Of a stretch of 64,000 bases of DNA, positions 41,343-51,540 are shown in pieces (the stretch's first letter is position 1; each line of letters starts with the position of its first letter). The position numbers and the translations under genes were made by a program. Below the pieces are notes generated by a model, which did not search any database, had not been told where the DNA came from, and was given only the letters and a program-made list of their open reading frames with translations. The DNA comes from Candidatus Caccalectryoclostridium excrementigallinarum (GTDB taxonomy: Bacteria > Bacillota > Clostridia > Christensenellales > UBA3700), in the NCBI GenBank assembly GCA_018714485.1, contig DVNJ01000001.1, positions 94,985-158,984 on the forward strand, in the 5' to 3' direction.

Positions 41343-43597
41343 TTGACTCCCCTGAACAGGTGCCCGCTCGTGACCGCGCCCTCGGGCGCGCCCCCGTCTT
41401 TATAACGCGCAAGCGTGTAAGACACCTCGTCCGCACCATATTCTATCATATCCAGAAAAATTTTGCCAGCGAAAGAAGGCGCGAGGCGCATTTTGGCGGA
41501 AATATCGGTGACGGCGGGGTTATAGAGAGCAAAATAACAATTTGCGACGCGGGTACGGCGCAAGGGATAGACGCCGAACCTGTCGGCATATTCCAAGCCG
41601 CCGTCATAGCGGCACTTGCCGCAGTCGCCGCCGAAATTGAGCTTGACGGGACAATGAGTGAGCGTCATCAGCCTCACTCTCCCGAAAGCATATATGACGG
41701 GAGAAGGCAGGGAAGAAAGTTCTTTCGCGCTCAGCTCGCACGAGGCAACATAGTCATCGAGCGGCAGAACATTTATGCACTTTGAGTTATAAATATTCAA
41801 GCCTATCCCGCCCACGATCTTCTTGTCAAATTCAAGAGCAAGAGCGATCGCGCCCAAGTTTTCGCAATAAAAACCTTCGAATTTTTCCGCATACTTTTGC
41901 AAAAACGCCCGCAAAACTTTCATATCGGCGCTGCGAAGCACTACGGGAATAGCCAAAATATTGCCGATATTATTATCAAATATTTTGTTTTTCATAATAA
42001 TATCAAGCTCTTTCGACATATAGTCGTTAATTTGCAAAATTGCGGCATAACCGGCGTCTTTAGCTGCTTTCATCGCCTCGGCGCTTGAACACACGACATA
42101 TCCCAAGACTTGAAGCGCGCCTTTACTCCTCTCTTTGCCAAGAGCGGGCACGCAAGCGCCGCTGTTTCTCTTCAAGATGTTTTTATTATAATTATCCAAA
42201 AGTTTTTCGCAAAGTTCTGCATAAACGCGCCTGCGCATTTCGTTGAGCAGCGACTTGGGAACAAAGGCGTTTTTTATCTCGATCGAGGTCGCCGCGGGAG
42301 TAAACTCGCCGTATCCCTTTTTGAGCACGTCCGCGCACGCTTGCTCTTGATCGCTCTTCGCCGCCTCGCAGACTTCGCCTTCGACTTCCGCTTCAACTCC
42401 ACTCACGCTCGTCTTCAATTTGACTCTCTCCCCCGCCGCGGCGGTCAGGGTCAGACGGACGGGCAAAGACTTTTTCACCTTTTTCAACTCTTCCGCGCGC
42501 GCTCTGTCAAAAGTCACAAAGATGAGATCTTCCTCGCGCAGCGAGCCGCTTTTGCAGGATATGCGCAGCAATTTTCCCGCCCACTGCGCCTTTTCCACGG
42601 TAAAACCGCCCACTTCTTCGCCGCCGCGCACGATCTTTACGCCGTCGCCGAGCGCGATCTCCGCCTTTAACTCCGCGTCGATATATCCTCTGCCCACGGC
42701 GCGCACCACGCCCGAAAGCTCGCCGACATTGTTCTGTATCTTCACGGACATGAGCCTCGGCGTGTCGTCGACGCCGTATCCGCGCGTAAAGCCGCCGCGG
42801 TTGAACGCCCTCAAAAGGCGCGGCATCTCCCTGCCCGTGAGTTTTCCGTCGATCGCCGCGCGGTAAGAGGACACGACCTCGGCGCAATAGTATGCCGTTT
42901 TCAGTCTCCCCTCTATCTTCAAGCTGTCCGCGCCCGCCGCTCTCAGCTCTTCGACCCTGTCCAAAAGGCAGAGATCCGCCGCCGAGAGCAAATATCCGCT
43001 CCTGCCGTTGCAGGAATATTTCAGACGGCAAGGTTGATTGCACCGTCCGCGGTTGCCGCTGTCGCCGCTCATGAACGAAGACATCAGACAGCCGCCCGAA
43101 AAACTCACGCACAAGGCACCGTGAGCGAAAATTTCGACTTCAAGCCCGACTTTTTTCACTTCACGAATATCTTCTATCGTGCATTCGCGCGCGAGCACGA
43201 CGCGCGAAAAGCCCAGCTCTTTCGCCATTTTCGCGCCCTCGGCGTTATGGATCCCCATCTGCGTGGACGCATGAAGGGGGACCTTGCTCTTTGCGAAAAT
43301 TTCGAGCGCGCCGAGATCGGTGACGATAAAGGCGTCCGCGCCCGCGTCGGCGGCAGCCGTCACATATCTTTCGAGCGCAGGCAATTCCGCGTCTTTGACG
43401 CAGGTGTTAAAAGCAATATAGACCTTTACCCCGAAAAGGTGGCAAAAGTCTATATGCTCTTTGATGTTTTCTATGGTGAAGTTTTCCGCTTTCGCGCGCG
43501 CGTTGAAGAGGTCGAGCCCGAGATAGACCGCGTCGGCGCCGTTATAGACCGCCGCTTTCAGCGATTCGACATTCCCCGCGGGCGCAAGCAGTTCCAT
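41339..43597 (-). CDS. Peptidase U32 family Fe-S protein (long RlhA-like RNA hydroxylation type)
   Basis: ELLAPAG, HASTQ, HGALCVSFSGGCLMS, NRGRCNQPCR and SLKIEGR. Confidence 0.88.
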   Translation of the reverse strand: MELLAPAGNVESLKAAVYNGADAVYLGLDLFNARAKAENFTIENIKEHIDFCHLFGVKVYIAFNTCVKDAELPALERYVTAAADAGADAFIVTDLGALEIFAKSKVPLHASTQMGIHNAEGAKMAKELGFSRVVLARECTIEDIREVKKVGLEVEIFAHGALCVSFSGGCLMSSFMSGDSGNRGRCNQPCRLKYSCNGRSGYLLSAADLCLLDRVEELRAAGADSLKIEGRLKTAYYCAEVVSSYRAAIDGKLTGREMPRLLRAFNRGGFTRGYGVDDTPRLMSVKIQNNVGELSGVVRAVGRGYIDAELKAEIALGDGVKIVRGGEEVGGFTVEKAQWAGKLLRISCKSGSLREEDLIFVTFDRARAEELKKVKKSLPVRLTLTAAAGERVKLKTSVSGVEAEVEGEVCEAAKSDQEQACADVLKKGYGEFTPAATSIEIKNAFVPKSLLNEMRRRVYAELCEKLLDNYNKNILKRNSGACVPALGKERSKGALQVLGYVVCSSAEAMKAAKDAGYAAILQINDYMSKELDIIMKNKIFDNNIGNILAIPVVLRSADMKVLRAFLQKYAEKFEGFYCENLGAIALALEFDKKIVGGIGLNIYNSKCINVLPLDDYVASCELSAKELSSLPSPVIYAFGRVRLMTLTHCPVKLNFGGDCGKCRYDGGLEYADRFGVYPLRRTRVANCYFALYNPAVTDISAKMRLAPSFAGKIFLDMIEYGADEVSYTLARYKDGGAPEGAVTSGHLFRGVK

Positions 43598-45996
43598 CAG
43601 CGCAAAACGGCTCCGAGTTTTTCTTTCAGTCGCGCGAGCAGTTTTTCCATGCGCTGCGCCATCTCGTCATCCGTGAGCGTGCGGTCGTCGGCGCGGAAGA
43701 CCATGCCCACCGCGACGCTCTTTTTGCCCTTGCCCACAGCTTCGCTGCGATAAACGTCGAAGATCTCCGCTTCGCGCAATATCGCTCCGCCTGCCGATCT
43801 TACCGTTTCGAGAATCTCTCCGCCGCTCACGCTCTCGTCCACGACGACGGCGATGTCGCGCTCGACGGGCGGGAACTTGCTGATAGGTTCAAACTTATAG
43901 GCGGTTTTTTCATACTTGTTTATCAAGTCGACGTTGAGCTCGGCGACATAGAGCCTTTCGCTCGCGCCCATGCTCTGCGCGACTGCGGGATGGATCTCGC
44001 CCACGAATCCGAGACTCTTTCCCCCCTTCATTATCTCCGCCGCCCTGCCGGGATGAAGGAAGGGCGCGCCGCTGCGCACATATTTCACCTCGATCCCGAA
44101 GGCGTCGAGCATAAGCTCCACGACCCCTTTCAGCGAATAAAAATCTTCGTCCTTGCCGTAGGCGCCGAGCACGATATGCGTCTGCTCTTCCGGCTGGCGA
44201 TCGATGGGAATTTCGCCGACGGGCAGATAGACCGAGGCGACTTCGAACATGCGCGCCGCTTTTTGCGATTTGAGCAGGTTGGAAGTCAGCGTGCCGAGCA
44301 TGGAATAGACCAGCTGCGTGCGCATCACCGACATATCTTCGCCCAGAGGATTGATTATCTCGACCGCGCGGCGCAGCGGATCTTGCTTTTCAAGGCGCAG
44401 CGCATCGGCAAAGGCGGGCGAAACAAAGGAATAAGTGAGCGTTTCGTGCATGCCGCAGGAAACGGCTATCTCCTTGAGCTTATCCTCGTTGCGCTGAGCG
44501 CGCGTTTTGCCGCCCACCGTCTGCCTGCCCTTGTCCATGAGCGTGCCCACGATATTGTCGTAGCCGTGATAACGGATGATCTCTTCGGCGATGTCGTTGG
44601 CGCTCTCCAAGTCGTCGCGCTCTTCGGGAGCGACGCAGACGAGCCTTCCGTCTTTTATTTGCGCATCTATGCGCAGGCGGCGCAGAATGTCGAGCTTTTC
44701 GGCGTCGTCTATGGCGATCCCGAGGATGGAATCTATCTTTTCGGGAGTGGTTATTATCGGCTTTCTTGCGGGAATTTCACCGCATATGTCGATAATGCCC
44801 TGCGCTATCTTGCCGCAGCCGAATTCTTGGACCAAGGCGAGCGCGCGCTTCAATCCGAGCGGCTGAGAGGAAAAATCTATGCCTTTTTCAAAACGGGCGG
44901 ACGAATCCGACCTCAGTCCCAGCGCTCTTGAAGTGCGCCTGACGCTGTCGCGGGCGAATTTCGCGCTCTCGAAGACCACGAGCGACGTGTCCTCTCTGAC
45001 GCCGCTGTTCATGCCGCCCATGATACCAGCCACGGCGTTGGCTTTCTCCGTGTCGGCGATGACGAGCATGGAGTCGTTCAGCTCGTATTCCTTGCCGTCG
45101 AGCGTCACTATCTTCTCGCCGTTTTCCGCCCTGCGCGCGACTATCTTGCCGCCGACGATATCCCTGTCGTCGAAAGCATGCATGGGCTGACCCACTTCCA
45201 TGAGCACATAGTTGGTTATGTCCACCATGTTATTGATCGGGCGCAGTCCGACCGCCTTCAATCTCCTGCGGATATATTCGGGCGACGGGGCGATCTTTAT
45301 GTCCGTGACCGCCGCCGCCATATAGCGCGGGCAAAGGTCGGGATCGCGCACTTCCACGCCGACGATGTCCTCGATCTTTTTCGCGCCGTCGAAAACTATT
45401 TCCGTTTTGGGCGCGCGCAGCGGCTTTTTCAGCACGGCGGCTATCTCGCCCGCGATGCCGTAAACGCTGTTGCAGTCGGGACGGTTAGCCGTCACGCCCA
45501 CGTCGAGTATGACGTCGTCGTTGCCCAAAACGTCGTTGATGTCCGTGCCGAGCGGCGCGCTCTCTTTATTCATTATCAAGATGCCGTAAACGCCCGCGCC
45601 CTCATAGTCGGCTTCGGAAAGTCCCAGCTCCTCGCCGCTGCAAAGCATGCCGCAGGACTCCACGCCGCGCAGCTTGCCCTTTTTGATGCTCTTTCCGCCC
45701 GGAAGCAGCGAGCCGTCTTTGGCAACGGGCACCTTGTCGCCCTCTTTGATGTTGTTCGCGCCCGTGACTATCTGCAAAATTTCGCTTCCCACGTCGATTT
45801 GACAGACGACGAGCTTGTCCGCGTCGGGATGCTTTTCGATCGAGAGTATCTTTCCCAAAACGACGTTTTTGATGTTTTCGCGCGGGTCGACGATCTCTTC
45901 CACCTCAAAGCCCACGCTCACGAGCTTGTCGGCAAGTTCGCGCGCGGGAATATCTATATCCACAAAATCTTTCAGCCAATTATAGGTAACTTTCAT
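43597..45996 (-). CDS. pheT: Phenylalanyl-tRNA synthetase beta subunit
   Basis: HPDADKL, TANRPDC, DITNYV..E.GQPMHAFD and FDX-ACB tail (RDIAVVV, DRTLTD). Confidence 0.97.
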   Translation of the reverse strand: MKVTYNWLKDFVDIDIPARELADKLVSVGFEVEEIVDPRENIKNVVLGKILSIEKHPDADKLVVCQIDVGSEILQIVTGANNIKEGDKVPVAKDGSLLPGGKSIKKGKLRGVESCGMLCSGEELGLSEADYEGAGVYGILIMNKESAPLGTDINDVLGNDDVILDVGVTANRPDCNSVYGIAGEIAAVLKKPLRAPKTEIVFDGAKKIEDIVGVEVRDPDLCPRYMAAAVTDIKIAPSPEYIRRRLKAVGLRPINNMVDITNYVLMEVGQPMHAFDDRDIVGGKIVARRAENGEKIVTLDGKEYELNDSMLVIADTEKANAVAGIMGGMNSGVREDTSLVVFESAKFARDSVRRTSRALGLRSDSSARFEKGIDFSSQPLGLKRALALVQEFGCGKIAQGIIDICGEIPARKPIITTPEKIDSILGIAIDDAEKLDILRRLRIDAQIKDGRLVCVAPEERDDLESANDIAEEIIRYHGYDNIVGTLMDKGRQTVGGKTRAQRNEDKLKEIAVSCGMHETLTYSFVSPAFADALRLEKQDPLRRAVEIINPLGEDMSVMRTQLVYSMLGTLTSNLLKSQKAARMFEVASVYLPVGEIPIDRQPEEQTHIVLGAYGKDEDFYSLKGVVELMLDAFGIEVKYVRSGAPFLHPGRAAEIMKGGKSLGFVGEIHPAVAQSMGASERLYVAELNVDLINKYEKTAYKFEPISKFPPVERDIAVVVDESVSGGEILETVRSAGGAILREAEIFDVYRSEAVGKGKKSVAVGMVFRADDRTLTDDEMAQRMEKLLARLKEKLGAVLR

Positions 45997-46004
45997 ATCT
46001 CACC

Positions 46005-47030
<1,026 letters not shown>

Positions 47031-47056
47031 AACATACCTCTCAATTTTTTTCGTTA

Positions 47057-47272
47057 TAAAAAACGGACGCCCCGACATAGGGCGTCCGCACGCTGTACCA
47101 CCTATTTTCACGCATATATGCGCCTCTTGAGGATAACGGGCTCACCGTCCGCCCCTACTTTTCAGGGCAGCCGCTCACGGGCGAATCCGCCTGACGCACC
47201 GCAATCCGCCCTTTCAGCCCACGAGGCGGAATCTCTTTTGCCGCTTTTCAGACCACGTTCCCGATCTTCGCT
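47057..47272 (-). promoter_or_regulatory. T-box riboswitch, Phe (UUC) specifier
   Basis: Minus strand: AGAGA bulge, GCTGAAA loop, specifier TTC (plus 47183-47185), stem II AGTA, T-box AGGTGGTACAGCG, terminator CGGACGCCC...GGGCGTCCG-TTTTTT; promoter TTGCAA-17-TAAAAT at 47309-47281. Confidence 0.93.
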
Positions 47273-47384
47273 TTTTTAATATTTTAGCACCGAAAAGCAA
47301 ATTTTGCAAGGATTTTCACGCAAATAGCAAAAAGCCTTTCGCCTTTAAGAAAACTTTTCCGCAAAAACGGCATATATATGAGAT

Positions 47385-48047
47385 ATGCCCTATTATGTGG
47401 TGAGCAAAAAGCCGCCCAAGCGCGCCAAAAAGAAAAAGATCAAGGCGATCGCCGCGATCCTCACTCTCATACTGCTCTTCACGGGCGCATTCTTTTATTT
47501 CAACAAGCAGGCGCACGAAGTGATAGATCAGCTCACGCGCGCCACGATAAGCAACCGCCTGACCGTCAAGATGAACGCCGCGTTCGACGAACTCATGGCG
47601 AGCTTTGACGACGAATATTCGAGCTACGTTCATATCGAGCGCAATTCGAGCGGAGAGATAACGCTGATCACGGCGGACATGATCAAGATAAACAAGCTCA
47701 TGGCGCAATACTCCACCATCGTTCAAAGCCACGTCAGCGAGATCGAAGAGGACGACATCAGCGTCCCCATGCTCGCCTTCACGGGCTGGCCGCTCGTCTC
47801 CACTTTGGGCGCGGACATCAAGCTCGACATCGTTGCCGTCGGCGACGCTCCCTGCTCTTACCGCAGCGAATTTAAGGAGGTGGGGATCAATCAGACCCTG
47901 CACAGCATCTATATCGACGTAAGCGCCAAAGTGGAGATAATTTTGCCCATCGACAACATCGAAGTGGAATGCCCTTCGAGCGCCCTCGTCTGCGAGAGCG
48001 TGATCGTGGGAAGAGTTCCTCAGTTTTATCTGCAAAACAAAATTTAA
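47385..48047 (+). CDS. yunB: Sporulation protein YunB
   Basis: Basic N-terminus plus TM, ISVPM, SEFKEVGINQTLHSIY and IVGRVPQFY. Confidence 0.88.
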   Translation: MPYYVVSKKPPKRAKKKKIKAIAAILTLILLFTGAFFYFNKQAHEVIDQLTRATISNRLTVKMNAAFDELMASFDDEYSSYVHIERNSSGEITLITADMIKINKLMAQYSTIVQSHVSEIEEDDISVPMLAFTGWPLVSTLGADIKLDIVAVGDAPCSYRSEFKEVGINQTLHSIYIDVSAKVEIILPIDNIEVECPSSALVCESVIVGRVPQFYLQNKI

Positions 48048-48197
48048 CTTTGGACCTTGTCGTTGGCGCGCCGAGAGCATTTTAGCCGATTATCTTCTTT
48101 TTATTATACAATTTTCGGTATTTTAGAAGTATATGGCAATATATATTCTATTTTATAAGAATAAGTTATCGAGATTTTAGCAATATATTATCTTGAA

Positions 48198-48575
48198 TCA
48201 CAGCTTTTTCGGCTTGGGCTTGAATATCAAAGCGACAAAAAATCCGCAGACTATCGCCGCCGTCAGCCCTGCCGAGACGTTCGAAAGCCCGAAAGTCACG
48301 GCGTGAAAAAGGCTTATCCTGCTCCCCTCCACCGCGCCTTTGGCAAGCAGCGCGCCAAAGCCCGTGATAGGCGCGGTTATGCCCGCTCCGCCCCATTCCT
48401 TGATATATTTGAATACGCCGAAAGCCTCGAGCGCCACCCCGAGCAAGAGGAAGGTCACGAGTATGCGCGCCGACGTCATCTTGGTGCGGTTGATGAGTAT
48501 CTGACCGATAAGACAGACGGCGCCGCCCACCAAAAACACCTTGCCGTATTTGATAAGATATTCCTGCCATTCCAT
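48198..48575 (-). CDS. spoVAE: Stage V sporulation protein AE (SpoVAEb)
   Basis: FLVGGAVCLIGQILI, GAGITAPITGFG and ALIFKPK. Confidence 0.88.
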   Translation of the reverse strand: MEWQEYLIKYGKVFLVGGAVCLIGQILINRTKMTSARILVTFLLLGVALEAFGVFKYIKEWGGAGITAPITGFGALLAKGAVEGSRISLFHAVTFGLSNVSAGLTAAIVCGFFVALIFKPKPKKL

Positions 48576-48576
48576 A

Positions 48577-49578
48577 TCAAGCCTCCACGGAGACCGCGTG
48601 CGCGATCCCCGGTATGCTCTCCCCTTGAAGAGAAGAGCCTTTCGACAAGAGCGCGCCCGTGGGGACGAGCAAAACTCTCTTTATGTTCCCTTCCTTCATC
48701 TCCTTATAGATATAAGAGCAAAAGACGGCGGCGAGACAGCCCGCGCCCGAACCGCCCTGCATGTCCTTTTGCTTTTCCGAATAGATGAGCGCTCCGCAAT
48801 CGTTGAGACAGGACGAGAGATCCAGCCCGCGCTCCTTGCATAGGTGGTAGAGCGTTTCCGTTCCGTATTTTCCCAGATCGCCCGTGAAGATATAGTCGTA
48901 ATAATTTTCCCTGCGTCCCGTATCTTGAAGATGCGTGACGATCGTGTCCGCCGCCGCGGGCGCCATCGCCGCGCCCATATTGTTGGCGTCGCAGATACGG
49001 TAATCCACTATCTTGCCGATCGTGCAGCCGGTAAGACGCGGCTGCCCCTCGCCCTCCGTGCTCAAAAGCGCCGCCCCTGCCGCCGTGACCGTATATTGCG
49101 AAGAGGGCGCGGGCTGAGTTCCGAGTTCCAGCGGATAACGGAACTGCCGCTCCACGGCGCCGTAATGCGAGCCCGTGCAGCAAAGCACGTTTTTCATGTT
49201 TTGACCGCCGATGAGAAAAGATGCTATTGCCAGCGCCTCGCCGAAAGAAGCGCAGGCGCTGTAAACGCCGAGGCACGGTATTTCAAACTCTCGGGCGGCA
49301 AAGGTGGAGGCGACGAGTTGATTGAGCAGGTCGCCGCCGATCAGGCAATCCACCTCTTCGCGCGCCTTTTTGCTCTTTTCGATCGCCTTTTCGATGGCGA
49401 ACTTATGCATTTTTATCTCCGTCTTTTCGTGCGTCTTGCAGTCCCAATCGGGATCTTCGAGAACGGCGTCGTAATAAGAGCCGAACCTTCCGCGCCCCTC
49501 GTTGGGACCCGCGATCGCGCATGTCGAGAGAATGAAAATATCTTCGCTCGGAATAAAAGTATGTCTTCCCTTTTTCAT
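48577..49578 (-). CDS. spoVAD: Stage V sporulation protein AD
   Basis: GGDLLNQ, ERQFRYPLE, NNMGAAMAPAA, TGDLG, GGSGAGC and ESIPGIAHAV. Confidence 0.95.
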   Translation of the reverse strand: MKKGRHTFIPSEDIFILSTCAIAGPNEGRGRFGSYYDAVLEDPDWDCKTHEKTEIKMHKFAIEKAIEKSKKAREEVDCLIGGDLLNQLVASTFAAREFEIPCLGVYSACASFGEALAIASFLIGGQNMKNVLCCTGSHYGAVERQFRYPLELGTQPAPSSQYTVTAAGAALLSTEGEGQPRLTGCTIGKIVDYRICDANNMGAAMAPAAADTIVTHLQDTGRRENYYDYIFTGDLGKYGTETLYHLCKERGLDLSSCLNDCGALIYSEKQKDMQGGSGAGCLAAVFCSYIYKEMKEGNIKRVLLVPTGALLSKGSSLQGESIPGIAHAVSVEA

Positions 49579-49596
49579 TTTTTCAATATTAGGGCG

Positions 49597-50040
49597 CTAT
49601 ACGATCGCAATAATGCGGTAAATCACGCCGACGATGACAGAAGAAACTATCCCCGTGACGATGACGGGACCCGCGATCACGAACATCTTCGCCATCAGTC
49701 CGAAAATTATGCCTTCCCTGCGAAATTCCATGGCGGGAGAGGCGATCGAGTTGGCAAAGCCGGTGATGGGAACGATGCTGCCCGCGCCCGCGACTCCGCC
49801 TATCTTGTCATAAATGCCGAAACCCGTGAAGAGCGCGCCGAAGAATATCATGGTCGCCGAAGTCAGGCTCCCTCTCACGCTCTCCTCCGCCTCGGGGAGC
49901 AAAAAGGCATAAAGGTCGGAAAAGCCCTCGCCTATCATGCAGATCAGACCGCCTATGGCAAACGCCGCCAAAAGCGTCTTTAATTCGCTCGTGCGCGGAG
50001 CCGTCTTGCTCACATATTCGCAATAGCTCTTTCCGTCCAT
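49597..50040 (-). CDS. spoVAC: Stage V sporulation protein AC
   Basis: AFAIGGLICMIG, GAGSIVPITGFANS and MFVIAGPVIV; ATG 50040 follows SD GAGGGAG. Confidence 0.93.
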   Translation of the reverse strand: MDGKSYCEYVSKTAPRTSELKTLLAAFAIGGLICMIGEGFSDLYAFLLPEAEESVRGSLTSATMIFFGALFTGFGIYDKIGGVAGAGSIVPITGFANSIASPAMEFRREGIIFGLMAKMFVIAGPVIVTGIVSSVIVGVIYRIIAIV

Positions 50041-50135
50041 TATCTGCACTCCCTCAACGCCGCGGGCTTGCGCCTGATCTCGCTCTCTTCGGGATTTTTG
50101 CCGCGCACGTCCGTTTTTATCTCGCTCTTGTCCAT
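50040..50135 (-). CDS. Putative 31-aa leader ORF upstream of spoVAC (MDKSEIKTDVRGKNPEESEIRRKPAALRECR)
   Basis: ATG 5 nt after a sigmaG-like -10; its TAA overlaps the spoVAC ATG (TAATG). Confidence 0.4.
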   Translation of the reverse strand: MDKSEIKTDVRGKNPEESEIRRKPAALRECR

Positions 50136-50140
50136 ACGCT

Positions 50141-50169
50141 TATTTTGCGCCGGGCATGAAAAGATATAC
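50141..50169 (-). promoter_or_regulatory. sigmaG-like promoter of the spoVA operon
   Basis: GTATA-17 nt-CAAAATA; spoVA is a known sigmaG operon. Confidence 0.7.
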
Positions 50170-50181
50170 CTTTTTCGCATG

Positions 50182-50205
50182 AAAAACGCGCCCGTTAAGG
50201 CGCGC
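50182..50205 (-). terminator. Rho-independent terminator of the aro operon
   Basis: Minus strand GCGCGCC-TTAACG-GGCGCGT-TTTT after tyrA. Confidence 0.65.
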
Positions 50206-50243
50206 CGATGCTTCTGATCTTTGAATATTATTTACAATATAAC

Positions 50244-51116
50244 CTATTTACGTTCGTTCTTTATGAGCGCAAAGCGGCGGGCGGAAGATTTTTCGAACAT
50301 CGCCCTCAGGCTCTCTTCGTCCTTTTTTTCGACCGCGGAGCGTATTTTTTTCAGCTGATCGGCAAAGCAGTCGATGGCTTCGAGCAGATTTTCGCGGTTC
50401 CCGATGAAAAGCTCCTGCCAAAGATCGGCGTTTATCTGCGCTATGCGCGTGAGATCGCGGAAGCTGTCGCCGATAAAGTCGCCCGTAGAAGAGTTTTCTT
50501 CGTCGCTGTTGATGAGCGCCACGGCGAGCGCATGCGGCAGCTGCGAGGTATACGCGATGACCTTGTCGTGCTCCTCGGGAGAGAGCGTGCGCACTTTCCC
50601 AAAGCCCATGTCAAGAGCGAGCGTCTCGATCGTCTTCATGCCTTCGCGCGACGAGCGTTCAAGCGGCGTGATGATGAAATTCGCGCCTTTGAGGACGTCA
50701 CCCGAGGCATAATCCAAGCCGCGCTTTTCCCTGCCTGCCATGGGATGGGCGGGGACGTAATCGAGATATTCGGGCAGATGAGCGGCTATCTTTTGCGAAT
50801 AATAGCGCTTTATCCCCAGAACGTCCGTGACGAGTGCGCCCCTTTTCATGACGGCGCCGAGAGTGCGCGCGCAATCTTCCGCGCCTGTGGGATAGACGGC
50901 GATCACGGCGATGTCGGCGCGGGCGGCAAAGTCTTCAAGGCGGGTCGAACCGTCCTCGATGATCCCCGCGGCGATCGCCTTTTCGATCGCGCCGCGGCTG
51001 CGATTGACGGCAAAAACATGCTTATAACCCGCATTTTTCAGAGCTATCGCATACGATCCTCCCACGACGCCCAATCCTATTATTAAAATGTTTTTTTCTT
51101 TAAGCTCGGTTTTCAT
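50244..51116 (-). CDS. tyrA: Prephenate dehydrogenase
   Basis: GLGVVGGS, HPMAGRE, EHDKVIAYTSQLPH and FRDLTRIA. Confidence 0.93.
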   Translation of the reverse strand: MKTELKEKNILIIGLGVVGGSYAIALKNAGYKHVFAVNRSRGAIEKAIAAGIIEDGSTRLEDFAARADIAVIAVYPTGAEDCARTLGAVMKRGALVTDVLGIKRYYSQKIAAHLPEYLDYVPAHPMAGREKRGLDYASGDVLKGANFIITPLERSSREGMKTIETLALDMGFGKVRTLSPEEHDKVIAYTSQLPHALAVALINSDEENSSTGDFIGDSFRDLTRIAQINADLWQELFIGNRENLLEAIDCFADQLKKIRSAVEKKDEESLRAMFEKSSARRFALIKNERK

Positions 51117-51540
51117 CTTGCAAAAGTATGTCGACGGCGTGAAGATAGCCGGGTATCCCTTCTCCCGCGATACGCGCCTTGCAGGCGGGCGTGATCACGG
51201 AATGTCTGCGAAATTCTTCGCGCTTTTCTATGTCGGAAATATGAACTTCCACGGCGGGGATATCCACCGTTTTGAGCGCGTCGAAAATCGCGTAGCTGTA
51301 ATGCGTATAGGCGGCGGGATTAATGACTATCCCGCCCGTCTTGTCAAAATAACATTTATGGATAAAGGAAACTATCTCCCCTTCGCCGTTACTTTGAAAG
51401 AACTCGACCTCAACGCCCTTTTTCGCGCAGTATTCCTCGATGATCTTGCAAAGATCGGCATAAGTCGTCCTGCCGTAGATATTCGGTTCGCGTATGCCGA
51501 GCATGTTCATGTTCGGTCCGTTTATCACCGCTATTTTCAT
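51100..51540 (-). CDS. aroQ: Type II 3-dehydroquinate dehydratase
   Basis: NGPNMNMLGIREPNIYG, INPAAYTHYS and EVHISD. Confidence 0.95.
   Translation of the reverse strand: MKIAVINGPNMNMLGIREPNIYGRTTYADLCKIIEEYCAKKGVEVEFFQSNGEGEIVSFIHKCYFDKTGGIVINPAAYTHYSYAIFDALKTVDIPAVEVHISDIEKREEFRRHSVITPACKARIAGEGIPGYLHAVDILLQDENRA

Noticed and set aside
41760-42220. Locally AT-rich patch inside the U32 gene, a possible insertion
   Set aside because: The frame is intact with no flanking repeats; consistent with a poorly conserved C-terminal domain.
48120-48200. AT-rich tract with dif-like fragments (TAGAATATATATT on the minus strand; TTATCTTGAAT on the plus strand)
   Set aside because: Neither forms a full 28-bp XerC/XerD site, and gene-strand bias does not switch here as expected at a terminus.
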